From: Octopus vulgaris
Taxonomy: Eukaryota
Reading direction: 5' to 3'
Length of the DNA stretch: 64,000 bases
Assembly (NCBI GenBank): GCA_951406725.2
Contig: OX597816.1
Coordinates: 178,808,001 to 178,872,000, forward strand
The stretch's first letter is position 1. The number at the start of each line of letters is the position of its first letter. Position numbers and translations under genes: made by a program. Positions 23,556-36,014 of the stretch are shown in pieces. The notes beneath the pieces were generated by a model that worked only from the letters and a program-made list of their open reading frames with translations, was not told where the DNA came from and ran no database searches.

Positions 23556-26084
23556 TTGAAGTATTTTCGTGTTGCAAGACAGCGTGTGAGAGAGAATCGT
23601 GATGTCGTAGGAGAGAAATGTGTCCGTATGGATGATGGGTCACTTGCACTAAATGAGGCTGCAAAGAGAGAGGTTTGGAGACGCCACTATGAAAGGTTGC
23701 TCAATAAAGAAAATGAATGGGATAAAGAGAGTCTGCTGAATGTCGACCCAACAGAGTGACCAGCTATCTGAATTAACAGTACCTTGGTAGTTAAGGCAAT
23801 TAGAAGCATGAAGACAGGGAAAGCCCCAGGCCCATCAGGAATTACTGCAGAGATGCTCAAAATATCTGGCAGTGTCGGCTATAGTCTAGTCACCCGTATA
23901 TTTAACCAGGTGATACACAAAGGAGTCATACCCAATGACTGGTGTAGCAGCTTAATAGTCAACTGCTACAAAGGTAAAGGTGATGCCCTACAGGGGTATC
24001 AAGCTGTTAGATCAGGTCATGAAGGTTATGGAGAGGGTCATAGCCCAACTAATTAGAGAGAGAGTTAGTTTAGATGAGATGCAGTTTGGGTTCGTGCCAG
24101 AGAAAAGTACTACTGATGCTATATTCCTGGTAAGACAGCTGCAGGAGAAATATCTAGCCAAAGATAAGCCCCTGTACCTGGCTTTTGTTGACATGGAGAA
24201 AGCCTTCAACAGGGTCTCCCGATCCCTTATCTGGTGGTCAATGAGGAAACTAGGGATAGATGAATGGTTAGTGAGAGCTGTGTGAGCCATGTACAGGGAC
24301 ACTAAGTAAGGTGAAGGTTGGCAACGAGTACAGTGAAGAATTCTGGGTAGAGGTAGGGGTCCACCAAGGTTCAGTCCTCAGCCCCCTCCTATTTATCATA
24401 GTCCTCCAGGCAATAACGGAGGAATTCAAGACAGGATGCCCCTGGGAGCTCCTCTATGCTGATGACCTTGCTCTAATTGCTGAGTCACTATCAGAACTAG
24501 AGAAGTTTCAAGTGTGGAAACAAGGATTAGAATGGAAGGGCCTTAGAGTCAACCTAGCTAAAACCAAAGTCCTAATAAGTAGGAAGGCGGCAAACCACAA
24601 ACCCCTTCTGGTAGATGGCCCTGCTCGATCTGTAGAAAAGATGTAGGTAGAAACTCTAAAAGATGTACCCAGTGTAAGCAATGGACACATAAGAGGTGCA
24701 GCAATGTCAAAGGAAGGCTAACTAGGAAGATAGTTTTTGTATGTGGCAGATGCTCAGGAGCAATAAACACTGAAAATGTGCAGAGAACAACTTTCGCCAC
24801 ATTCACGGGGGAAAAACTAGAAGTAGTTGATAGCTTCCGTTACCTAGGTGACCAAGTCAGTAGTGGGTGCGGGTGTGCTGAAAGTGTAACTGCTAGAATA
24901 AGAATAGCCTGGGCAAAGTTCAGAGAGAACTTACCTCTGCTGGTGACAAAGGGCCTCTCGCTCAGAGTAAAAAAGCAGACTCTATGACGCATGAGTACGA
25001 ACAGCCATGCTACATGGCAGTAAAACATGGGCCATGACTGCTGAGGACATGCGTAAGCTCGCAAAGAATGAAGCCAGTATGATCCGATGGATGTGTAATG
25101 TCAGTGTACATACTCCACAGAGTGTAAGTACCTTGAGAGAAAAGTTGGACCTAAGAAGCATCAGTTGTGGTGTGCAAGAGAGACGTTTGCGCTGGTATGG
25201 TCATGTGATGAGAATGGATGAAGATAGCTGTGTGAAAAAGTGCCACACCCTAGCAGTTGAGGGAACCTGTGGAAGAGGTAGACCCAGGAAAACCTGGGAC
25301 GAGGTGGTGAAGCACGACCTTCAAACTTTAGGCCTCACCAAGGCAATGACTAGTGACTGAGACCTTTAGAAGTATGCTGTGCGTGAGAATACCCGGCAGG
25401 ACAAGTGAGACCATAACCCATGGCCTTTACCAGAGATGTAGCCAGCCCACTTATGCATACCTTTCTTCATTGGACACAAAACTCTGCTTGCGAAGTCCTG
25501 TTGAGGCAAGTGAAATCGAAATTGAATTTGAAATCGAACCAAATTCAACGACTGGCACCCATGCCAACCTCCCTTCATTGGACACTAAACTCTGCTTGCG
25601 AAGACCTGTTGGGGCAAGTGAAATCTAAATTGAACTAAATTCGATGACTGGCACCCGTGCCAGTGGAGCGCTAACAGCTCCATCAGAGCGGGATCACTGC
25701 CAGAGCAGCTGTCTGGCTTCCATGCTGGTGGGCACGTAAAAAGCATCATTTGAACGTGATCGTTACTAGCGTCCCCTTACTGGCACTTGTGCCAGTGGCA
25801 CGTGAAGAAAACATTCGAGTGAGGTCGTGCCAGTGCAGGTGGCAAGTAAAATACACTATTTCGAACATGGTCGTTGCCAGTACCGCCAGACTGGCCCTCG
25901 TGCCGGTGGCACGTAAAAGCACCCACTACACTCTAGGAGTGATTGGTGTTAGGAAGGGTATCCAGCTGTAGAAACTCTGCCGGATCAGATTGGAACCTGG
26001 CGCAGCCATCTGGTTCACCAGTCCTCAGTCAAATCGTCCAACCCATGCTAGCTTGGAAAGTGGACGTTAAAAGGTGATGATGAT
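23556..26084 (+). mobile_element. RTE-clade LINE, 5'-truncated, frameshifted ORF2 plus 3' UTR and (GAT)n tail
   Basis: KAPGPSGI, QFGFVPEKSTTDAIF, AFVDMEKAF, GVHQGSVLSPLLF, LLYADD, FRYLG, RLRWYGHV, RGRPRKTW. Confidence 0.93.
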
Positions 26085-26364
26085 ATAAATATTACATCAT
26101 ATGTAAATAAACATAAGTTTGTTTTTGAAGTGATGAAATGTATTGTAGTAGAAGTAGAAAGTTTTCAACACGCAAGTACTGATAGAACAGTATATATAGG
26201 ACAAAATCCTTACAGAGCAAAAAATGTCAGCAACCAACCATGAATATATAAATATATATACACATACATGTATGTATGAATGAGTGTGTATATGTATATA
26301 TGTGTGTGTGTATGTATGTATTTGTGTATGTGTGTATATGTATATATATATATATATATATATA

Positions 26365-27262
26365 GAAGACAACTGGAGGTTCCTACAGGACAACCTGCTG
26401 AGAGCCACTGACCAGATCTGTGGGTGGTGAAAAGTCCCCTCCCGACCCAAAATAATGTTGGTGGTGGAACAATGTTGTTGACAGGGCCATTAGACAAAAG
26501 AAACAGGCTTGGAAGGACTGGAAGAACGGTGGTAGCAGGGAGGTATATCAGACTGCCAGAAGGGAAGCTAAGAGGCAGGTGTATATAGCCAGAGGGGAAG
26601 CAGATAAGACAAAAATTGCCAATGTTCTGTTCCGCGAGGACGAAAGACTTGAGGTCTTTTGTGTTGCAAGACAGTGTGTGAGAGAGAATCATGATGTTGT
26701 AGGAGAGAAATGTGTCCACATGGATGATGGTTCACTTGCGCTAAATGAGGATGCAAAGAGAGAGCTTTGGAGACACCACTATGAAAGGTTACTGAATAAA
26801 GAAAATGAATGGGATAAAGAGAGTCTGCCAAATGTCGACCCAACAGAGTGACCAGCTATCCGAGTTGACAGTTCCTTAACAGTTAAGGCAATTAGAAACA
26901 TGAAGATAGGGAAAGCCCCAGGCCCATCAGGAATTACTGCAGAGATGCTTAAAATATCTGGTAGTGTCGGCTATAGCCTAGTCACCCATATAGCTAACCA
27001 GGTGATACACGAAGGAGTCATACCCAATGACTGGTGTAGCAGCATAATAGTCAACTGCTACAAAGGTAAAGGTGACGCTTTAGATACAAATAATTACGGA
27101 GATATCAAGCTGTTGGATTAGGTAATGAAGGTTACGGAGAGGGTCATAGCCCAACTGATTAGGGAGAGAGTCAGCTTGGATGAGATGCAGTTTGGTTTCG
27201 TACCAGGGAAAAGCACCACTGATGCCATATTTTTGGTAAGACAGCTGCAGGAGAAATACCTA
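26365..27262 (+). mobile_element. Second RTE LINE fragment
   Basis: High similarity to 23556-24160; breaks off at LQEKYL. Confidence 0.9.
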
Positions 27263-27301
27263 AATAGGGATTTGCAAACGGTCTCCCTTCATTGAAAACC
27301 G

Positions 27302-27360
27302 GTGATTGCCGTACGCTGAAGACAGGCAAATACCTAGAAACTGCAGTCCGTGCGTATCAC
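27302..27360 (+). ncRNA. Type I hammerhead ribozyme motif, core intact, GUC cleavage triplet
   Basis: GTGATTGCCGTACG-CTGAAGA-CAGGCAAATACCTA-GAAA-CTGCAG-TC-CGTGCGTATCAC. Confidence 0.7.
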
Positions 27361-28202
27361 TTAGGTTGACGAGAGAGGGATGTCCTCCCTTTGCAAATAC
27401 CATAAGGACACAGAAAGTGTGCCTAAAGCCAGCTGGAGACGATGATCTCCTGGGGCTTCAAGCTACAGTAACACCCACCCTTATTGGTTAGCCATATTGA
27501 GATGGCTAGTATACCTTACGTATTTATATATATGTGTGTATGAGAAAGGTGCATATGTATGGGTACATATGTATGTGTATCATCATCATCATCATCATCA
27601 TCGTTTAAGCGGACGTTAAACGATGATGATGATGATGATGATGATACACCATATGTCCCATACATATGCACACATATATATAAATACAGATACACATACA
27701 TAATAATCCCCTACACACATATTTAGTTATGAAATTTTACAAATACACTTTCTCAGGGAGATATGATTATTATGGGTAACACACACACACACACACATTG
27801 CATACATGCTCGTCTGTGTGTGTGACTGAAGCCATTCACACATACATACATACATAACAGCACCTCTCTGTCTGTTTTTGCCTGTCAATCATTCAGTAAA
27901 AAGACGAAATTTTAAAAATCTGTTATCTCTCTCTCTTTACACCGTCGCTAGAAGAGGACTTAACTCGTGTTTGTAAAAAAAAATGGTGGATTTCTACGCC
28001 GTGAAAATTGTTAAGCTATGATTGAAAATTTATTTTTACCACTATTCACTGGTGCCTCAGGGGGAAATAATTTGACGAAAATACAGCTATGGTAATGACG
28101 AATGTCCTCCTAAAATTGGAGCGACATGCGAGCTAATTTATGGATGTGCATAAATTACATGTACACACACACACACACATCTTGCTTTTTATATACATGC
28201 AG

Positions 28203-28236
<34 letters not shown>

Positions 28237-28282
28237 ATGTACGTATGTATGTGTGTGTATGTATATATATATATATATATAT

Positions 28283-28820
28283 TTGATTCCGAACTCCTTT
28301 TGCCAAGTCTGTCCGTAAACGAAGTGATCCCAAGATAAGAAATCTTTGAACTTTAATTCATCCGTATCTCTATTTATTATTATTATTTATTAATTATTAT
28401 TATTCTGATCCCCCTAGTCGCCACTCTGTTTACTATTTCAGCCTCGCCTCGTTTTTGCATATTCTGTATAATTCACTAGTTATCGTTATAGATATTTAGG
28501 TTCTATCTCCCTTATGATTATTGGCTGCCGGTTCTTCGCGGGGTTTCTCTCCCCTCTTTTTACATTGTCTGTCTGGACTCCTCTTCCTACTCCTCGACAT
28601 GGCCATACATACTTAAGCTAGTAACCTGCCTCACTCTTGATTCCGAACTCCTTTTGCCAAGTCTGTCCGTATCTCTATTTATTATTATTATTTATTAATT
28701 ATTATTATTCTGATCCCCCTAGTCGCCACTCTGTTTACTATTTCAGCCTCGCCTCGTTTTTGCATATTCTGTATAATTCACTAGTTATCGTTATAGATAT
28801 TTAGGTTCTATCTCCCTTAC
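28283..28820 (+). repeat. Tandem duplication (28283-28515 and 28638-28820; second copy has an internal deletion)
   Basis: Near-identical TTGATTCCGAACTCC...TCTATCTCCCTTA blocks. Confidence 0.85.
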
Positions 28821-28901
28821 AGGGCTGATTAGAACACCACCAATACCGGATATCTCTATTTTGCTCCAACTATACCGGATGTCGTTTCTCCCACCATTAT
28901 A

Positions 28902-29267
28902 CTGAACCACCCCTCCCACTGGTGCTCCCCTATATTTCTGCACCCCCCACCACCACCATTATAGGTGTCTACTCTTTGAACCCCCCTCTTCAATACGCTA
29001 TTTCACCATGCATTACCCCTCTCTCGATATCCTACGTTCTACTTGCCTATTACCTGTCCTCTGAACCACCCCTCCCACTGGTGCTCCCCTATATTTCTGC
29101 ACCCCCACCACCACCATTATAGGTGTCTACTCTTTGAACCCCCCTCTTCAATACGCTATTTCACCATGCATTACCCCTCTCTCGATATCCTACGTTCTAC
29201 TTGCCTATTACCTGTCCTCTGAACCACCCCTCCCACTGGTGCTCCCCTATATTTCTGCACCCCCCCA
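28902..29267 (+). repeat. ~159 bp tandem repeat, 2.3 copies
   Basis: CTGAACCACCCCTCCCACTGG starts at 28902, 29061 and 29219. Confidence 0.9.
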
Positions 29268-29525
29268 TAAAAAAAAAAAAAAAAAAAAAAAAGCACCATC
29301 CGAACGTGGCCGATGCCAGACCCTCTGGCACCTGTGCAGGTGGCACGTAAAAAACACCCACTACACTCGCGGAGTGGTTGGCGTTAGGAAGGGCATCCAG
29401 CTGTAGAAACACTGCCAGACTAGACTGGAGCCTGGGGCAGTCCCGAGCTCTCCAGACCCCGGTCGAAACCGTCCAACCCGTGCTAGCGCGGAAAACGGAC
29501 GTTAAACGATGATGATGATGATGAT
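29268..29525 (+). mobile_element. RTE LINE 3' UTR fragment with (GAT)n tail
   Basis: Matches the 3' end of the RTE at 25900-26084. Confidence 0.8.
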
Positions 29526-29633
29526 ATGTATAAGTGCGTGTATGTATATGTATATATATATATATGTATGTATGTATATATATATATATATATGTATATA
29601 CATATGTATGTGTGTGTATGTGCATATATATAT

Positions 29634-30481
29634 ATCATCATCATCATCGTTTAACGTCCGTTCTCCATGCTAGCATGGGTTGGACGGTTCGACCGGGGTC
29701 TGGGAAGCCAGGAGGCTGAACCAGGCCCAGTCTGATCTGGCAGTGTTTCTACAGCTGGGTGCCCTTCCTAACGCCAACCACTCCATGAGTGTAGTGGGTG
29801 CTTTTTACATGCCACCGGTACAGGTGCCAGGCGAGGCTGGCAATGGCCACGATCGGTTGGTGCTTTTTACGTGCCACCGGCACGGAGGCCAGTTGAGGCG
29901 GCGCTGGCAACGGCCACATTCGGATGGTTCTTTTACATGCCACCGGCACTGGTATCACAACTACAATTTCCATTGATTTTTGATTGATTTCAATTTCACT
30001 AGCCTCAACAGGTGTTCGCAAGTAGAGTTTTGTGTCCCAAGAAGGAAAGGTATGCATAAGTGGACTGGCTACATCCCAGGTAAGGGCCACGGATTATGGT
30101 CTCACTTGTCCTGCCAGGTCTTCTCACACACAGCATACTTCCAAAGTAATTGCCTTGGTAAGACCTACTGTTCGAAGGTTGTGCTTCACCACCTCATCCC
30201 AGGTTTTCCTAGGTCTACCTCTTCCACAGGTTCCCTCAACCGCTAGGGTGTGGCACTTTTTCACACAGCTATCCTCATCCATTCTCGCCACATGACCATA
30301 CCAGCGCAGTCGTCTCTCTTGCACACCACATCTGATGCTTCTTAGGTCCAACTTTTCTCTCAAGGTACTTACACTCTGTCGAGTATGCACACTGTCATTA
30401 CACATCCATCGGAGCATACTGGCTTCATTTCTTGCGAGCTTACGCATATCCTCAGCAGTCACGGTCCATGTTTCACTGCCA
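29634..30481 (-). mobile_element. RTE LINE 3' fragment
   Basis: GSETWTVTAEDMRKLARNEASM...RLRWYGHV...RGRPRKTW plus 3' UTR and (CAT)n. Confidence 0.9.
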
Positions 30482-30829
30482 CTGTCTGCCAAATTCTGCT
30501 CGTGATATTTATCAAGCAAAGTTTATGGTAGAAAACACATGTCTAAGATGTTGCAAAGTAAGTCTAAATCTGGAACCAAGTGGTGCTATTGTAAATTACA
30601 TAACCTTGTTGTGTTGTGAGGCATCCATAGTATGTGTGTTTGTGCCTGCTTCGATGTACAGATAAGAAGTAAAAGCTTTCAAAACTTGAAGTAGAAAGGA
30701 TATCCATATATTCACAACAACATTCATTGAAAGGCCTTCGTTACCAAGCAGCACAACTTGATTATGAAATAAATGCCAGTAATAAAATAATAAAAAGCAA
30801 ATACAAGACCTTAGATCCAAAAATAAATA

Positions 30830-32216
30830 TTTATTCAATGTTTTAAAAAAAATCAAAGAATACTATTTTTCTTCACAAATTCAATATAAATTATGTCAAG
30901 TCCCAGAAGTGAATTGATTTTGCTGTCACAATTCATCTATTCTACTTAATTTTTTTATATATTCTGTAATGTGACATCAATAAAATGTACCCTTCATTCC
31001 CAGTGATATTTTGGCGATACAACAAATCCCTTAACTGACCCAAAACATCAAATTTGCATGAACAGGTGATAAAAGTTACTGTGATATTTACTATGATCAA
31101 ACTTTTAGAAAATACTTTTCTGATAGAAGCCTGTAAGTAAATACATGATGCTAGACAATTGAAAAATGGTTACAATTATCCAGTTCATTTGATGGTTTAA
31201 CTTTTTTAAGAATCATAAAAAATTAGATCTGTTTAAAACAATAATATTTACTAAATGATGAACACTGTACAAGTCAGTTTCCAATACTATAGGGTTCAGA
31301 TTTTTAGTTACAGCCCTTTATTACCACTTACAAAAGAAATATTCTCATAAAATGGCTTAAACACTGCATCCCACATTTTAAAACCCAACTAAGATGAATA
31401 ATGCTGATTAGCCATTGATTGATAAGAAACAAAGATCAAATGTAAAAGTTCCAATCCATAAAAGATCAATAACATATCTTAAGGGCAACAGTTAACTAAC
31501 TGACTGCATTTATCCTACATATTATTAGTGTGCAAGATGAATACCACATATCTAAGTATTACTGGGATCCTTCTTATCTTCTATATAAACGAGTATTTCT
31601 AAAAACATATTCCCAATACTCATTTACTCTAAACCACATTGAACTTGCATTCAAAACTTCACAAAAACATCTTTTTTTAACTAGAGGAAGATGTTATAAA
31701 TTGTAAATTTTCTGAGTAAAAACAAATTGAGATAAATAACAAGAGATAAAAGCTATTATGAAATATAGTCACAGATGAACTGTCCAAATAGGTTACCTAA
31801 CAGTGGACATCAAATATATACATGGACTGGTGAGATTTGATATGCTTCCACAGGATATATTTCGCAGTCAGTTTAAAGTGATAAATATCTATGTAATAAA
31901 ATTAATGTATTCATGAAATATTACATGTTATTAGTTATTCACAGTATTTATATGAGGACAAAATGTCCACAGGTGATACGTAATGCAAACACTGTGACGG
32001 TCTTACATTACATTAACTGTGAAGAGTACCCATAAATAAATACAGTTCTTGGTTCCATAATGATCAACTTAAGTAAACATATACCTGTAAAAAATACTAT
32101 TATTGTACTCAAATGTACCAATATAGCAGAAAACCATATTTAAATGGGTTTTGAGTGAAAACCATCACTCAATTAAAAAAATATTTCAAACAAAAACTGT
32201 TCTTTCTGCAGAAATG
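30830..32216 (-). other. Probable 3' UTR of the SLC37-like gene
   Basis: Repeat-free AT-rich stretch after the stop codon; minus-strand AATAAA near 31317 and at 30830-30835. Confidence 0.5.
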
Positions 32217-32401
32217 CTACACTTCTTGGAAGACAGCATTCTGTGTGTCTATAGTTTTCTGTGTGTAGGCTGCCTTAAACACAGTTAAAGTTCCTATCAA
32301 AGACAATCCAATCATTAGATAGAACATTCCTGACCAGCCGTACCTAGCTGATGCAATACCAATGATTGGTCCTTCTATCACAGTGCCAATGCTACCAAAG
32401 C
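32217..32401 (-). CDS. SLC37-like last coding exon (GFGSIGTVIEGPIIG...YGWSGMFYLM...FQEV*)
   Basis: ttccag acceptor; open frame to TAG at 32217-32219. Confidence 0.92.
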
Positions 32402-35400
32402 CTGGAAGTAAAAATAAGTCAATTGATTATAACATTTATATATCTCAGGTGTGAGTTAGAAAAAAATTAGCAAACATGAACTATTTCTTTTAACTCTTTA
32501 AGTGCAAAATTAAATTTCAGGGTCATTCTAGTAATGATGTTAAATAGTTATCAAAGAATGGAATTGGTATTTTCTGAAAGCCACATTGCTACAAACTTGA
32601 TATATTTCAACAAAAAATAGTTTCAAACATGACATTCCTCAACAAAACATAGATTGGTATATAACACTGCATTCCATAGTTATGGGCAATGAAAGTTTGA
32701 GCAGATATAGTTTAATCTCCACAGCGAAAGGGTTAATGCTAATTTATGTTATGTAATGTAATTTAAACCAGGAAGATCTGAAGAATTGGTGAGAAGGTAA
32801 AATTCTATGATGGTAGGCTTTGCAGAAGGGATGATAACAGATTGGAATGTCCAACACATGCCAGAATGGGAAATAATATCAAAATGTTGTTGTTCAACAA
32901 TAGTAAAAAAAGAAAACTTTTAAGGATCTACAAAGAGGTAGGTTGCAATATGAGCATAAAAATACATTTTTTGAATAGCCATCTTGACCAATTTCCAAGT
33001 AATTTAGGTGCTCTAAGTGACAAACAAGAGGAGAGATTCCACCAAGATATCAAAACTATGGAGGAACAGTACCAAGGACACTGGGATTCGCACATGAGGG
33101 CAGATTGCTGTTGGTGCTTGAAAAGGGACCTGCCATCAACAGGCAAATATGCTAGAAAGCCTTAAAAGAGAAACATTTTGGCCAGAATGAAAGCTTCAGA
33201 TCTCTTCTTTTTTTTTTATTGTAAGTCATTTCAATCATTATAAGTTTACAGTAATTTGAACTGCTTGTATTCATGAATCTGGAAAATAAATTTGAACACA
33301 TGACTTAATTTTTTAGTCCTTACTGGAGAAATCTGGAAAATGGCACATAGGCTGTTGATAAGAATCAGGACCAAGTTGAAATTTGCATTCAGCACACCCA
33401 AATTACTTAGAATCAAATGTCAGATATCATCATTTGGGTGAACTGGATCACTAAAATTTAGATATCTTGTTTATTAATGCAGCTCAGTACCAGTGGCAAG
33501 ATATGAACTGCCAACCCTTTAACTGATGGTCTGCTATCCTACCAAATCAGCAAATGAAACCACAAAACAGTTTTAACAGGTATAGCTTCCTTTATAACTA
33601 ATCATTTTTAATTGCAGGGCAAATGTCAATGCAATAACAAGAAAATATGTAAAACAGACAGGTTGTAAATGAGGCTAAAGTATCATTATTCCTAATTTCA
33701 ATAGTTCTAACCTCACTCCAGCCTTTATGTGATGCTAGCAGTTCTTGTCTACCTGCGTAGCTATAAACTTCCCATTAACAACATTAGAAACAATAAAGCA
33801 ACCAAAGGAAACAGATCTATTTCAATTTTACTGCAACATATGACAATCACAATTTTATGTATGAAATAAAAAAATAAAAAAAACAACCACCCACATTTTG
33901 AACCAAGAAAAACAACAAAAAACAAAAATAGACCGACTGGCTCAAAAATATTTTTCCTATATCTACTAAAAATGAAACGTTTCTTTGCCCAAAATTTTAT
34001 TAGTAATGCCCTTAATTGTATTGTATCTATCAAAAATGATCCCATTTTCTTCAATGCAGAAGTATCAGTCTTTTTCTCCAAGACGTTAACTCAATAACTC
34101 TTTTTAACTCTTTTACTTGTTTCAGTCATTTGACTGCGGCCATGCTGGAGCACCGCCTTTAGTTGAGCAAATCGACCCCGGGACTTATTCTTTGTAAGCC
34201 CAGTACTTATTCTATCGGTCTTATTTTTTACGAACCGCTAAGTAACGGGGACATAAACACACCAGCATCGGTTGTCAAGCAATGCTAGGGGAACAAACAC
34301 AGACACACAAACACACACACATACATATATATATATACATATATACGACAGGCTTCTTTCAGTTTCCGTCTACCAAATCCACTCACAAGGCATTGGTCGG
34401 CCCGGGGCTATAGCAGAAGACACTTGCCCAAGATGCCACGCAGTGGGACTGAACCCGCAACCATGTGGTTGGTTAGCAAGCTACTTACCACACAGCCACT
34501 CCTGCGCCTATCAATGCTCATTTTTAACTAAATTTTATTCAACTTTAATCTCTTGCAATACAGTATCATTGTCATTTCTTGTGTAATTGTTTTGTGTATG
34601 TGTTTACTTCAGTCTTATAACCTTATTTCCACACTGGCAAAATGGTTTGCATATTTGGATGGTTGGGTATTGTACAAAACAATTGTCATTTTAACACTTA
34701 CATACCCCTCCTGCCTATATTAAATATCCCAACGCTTTTATTATAATAGTAAATAGTTTGATATAATAATCCTATCTGCTATAGGCACAAAGCCTAAAAT
34801 TTGGTGGGGTGGAGCTAGTTGACTACATCAACCCCAATGCCAAACTAATACTTATTTCACGAACCCCAAAAGGATGAGAGGCAAAGTCAACTTCAGTGGA
34901 ATTTGAACTTAGAACATGCTGCCTAGCATTTTGTCTGTCAACTCACCACCTTTATAGTTTCATATAATAACAAATAATATAGTGTAAAATTTACTACTAC
35001 AGTATTACCATTAACAATATCCCATCTATACTTTTGTAAACTACATCTAGTCCTAGTATACTGCTAAGCCTGACTTTGAACTAACTGTGAAAACAAGGAG
35101 CTTTTACAGACAACTACTATAGAATTAATTAGAATCTAATTAAGAAGAAGATTAAGAATTAAAGAAAGATGGTGCTTACCATTTACAAAACCTACAACAG
35201 CAGCTCCAGCATTGCGACCATTTAGTTCTCCAATCTTTGATGGTACAGCGGCTCCTGTGACAAAGATGATATATATATATATATATATACAAATAAATGA
35301 AAGAATGGAGTTGAACGATGATTCAACAAAATTCCTTTATTCTCGACATATGTTTAGATGACTGCCCACACGGAGTCCATAGCGATAATTATCGCTATGG

Positions 35401-35972
35401 ACTCCGTGTGGGCAGTCATCTAAGAGTTTTTGTTCATCTTGATGCTGACATAAGTTCCTTGTCTTTCCTGATGAGAAGGTGGCATAATGCACCCCTTATT
35501 CCTTCGAAATTAGGAATATGCAGCCTTCGAAACATATGTTGAGAATAAAGGAATTTTGTTAAATCGTCATTCAACTCCATTCTTTCATTTATTTGTATAA
35601 ACGCACAAATTTCCACACGAAAGCACGTGATCTCTGCCCTTGGCATGTAGCTTCAACCGGGTTTTTCTGACGTGAATTTGCTACCCAGGTACCAGTTAAC
35701 CGAATTATCCATACTAGGATAATTCATTCAACTACTTAAATATATACATATAAAGGCGGCGAGCTGGCAGAAACGTTAGCACGCCGGGCGAAATGCGTAG
35801 CTGTATTTCGTCTGTCGTCACGTTCCGAGTTCAAATTCCGCCGAGGTCGACTTTGCCTTTCATCCTTTCGGGTCGATAAATTAAGTACCAGTTACACACT
35901 GGGGTCGATATAATCGACTTAATCCGTTCGTCTGTCCTTGTTTGTCCCGTCTGTGTTTAGCCCTTGTGGGTA

Positions 35973-36014
<42 letters not shown>

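Noticed and set aside
29268-29292. Poly(A) of a processed pseudogene
   Set aside because: The upstream sequence is non-coding tandem repeat, and the A run coincides with the TAAAAAGCACC motif of the RTE 3' UTR.
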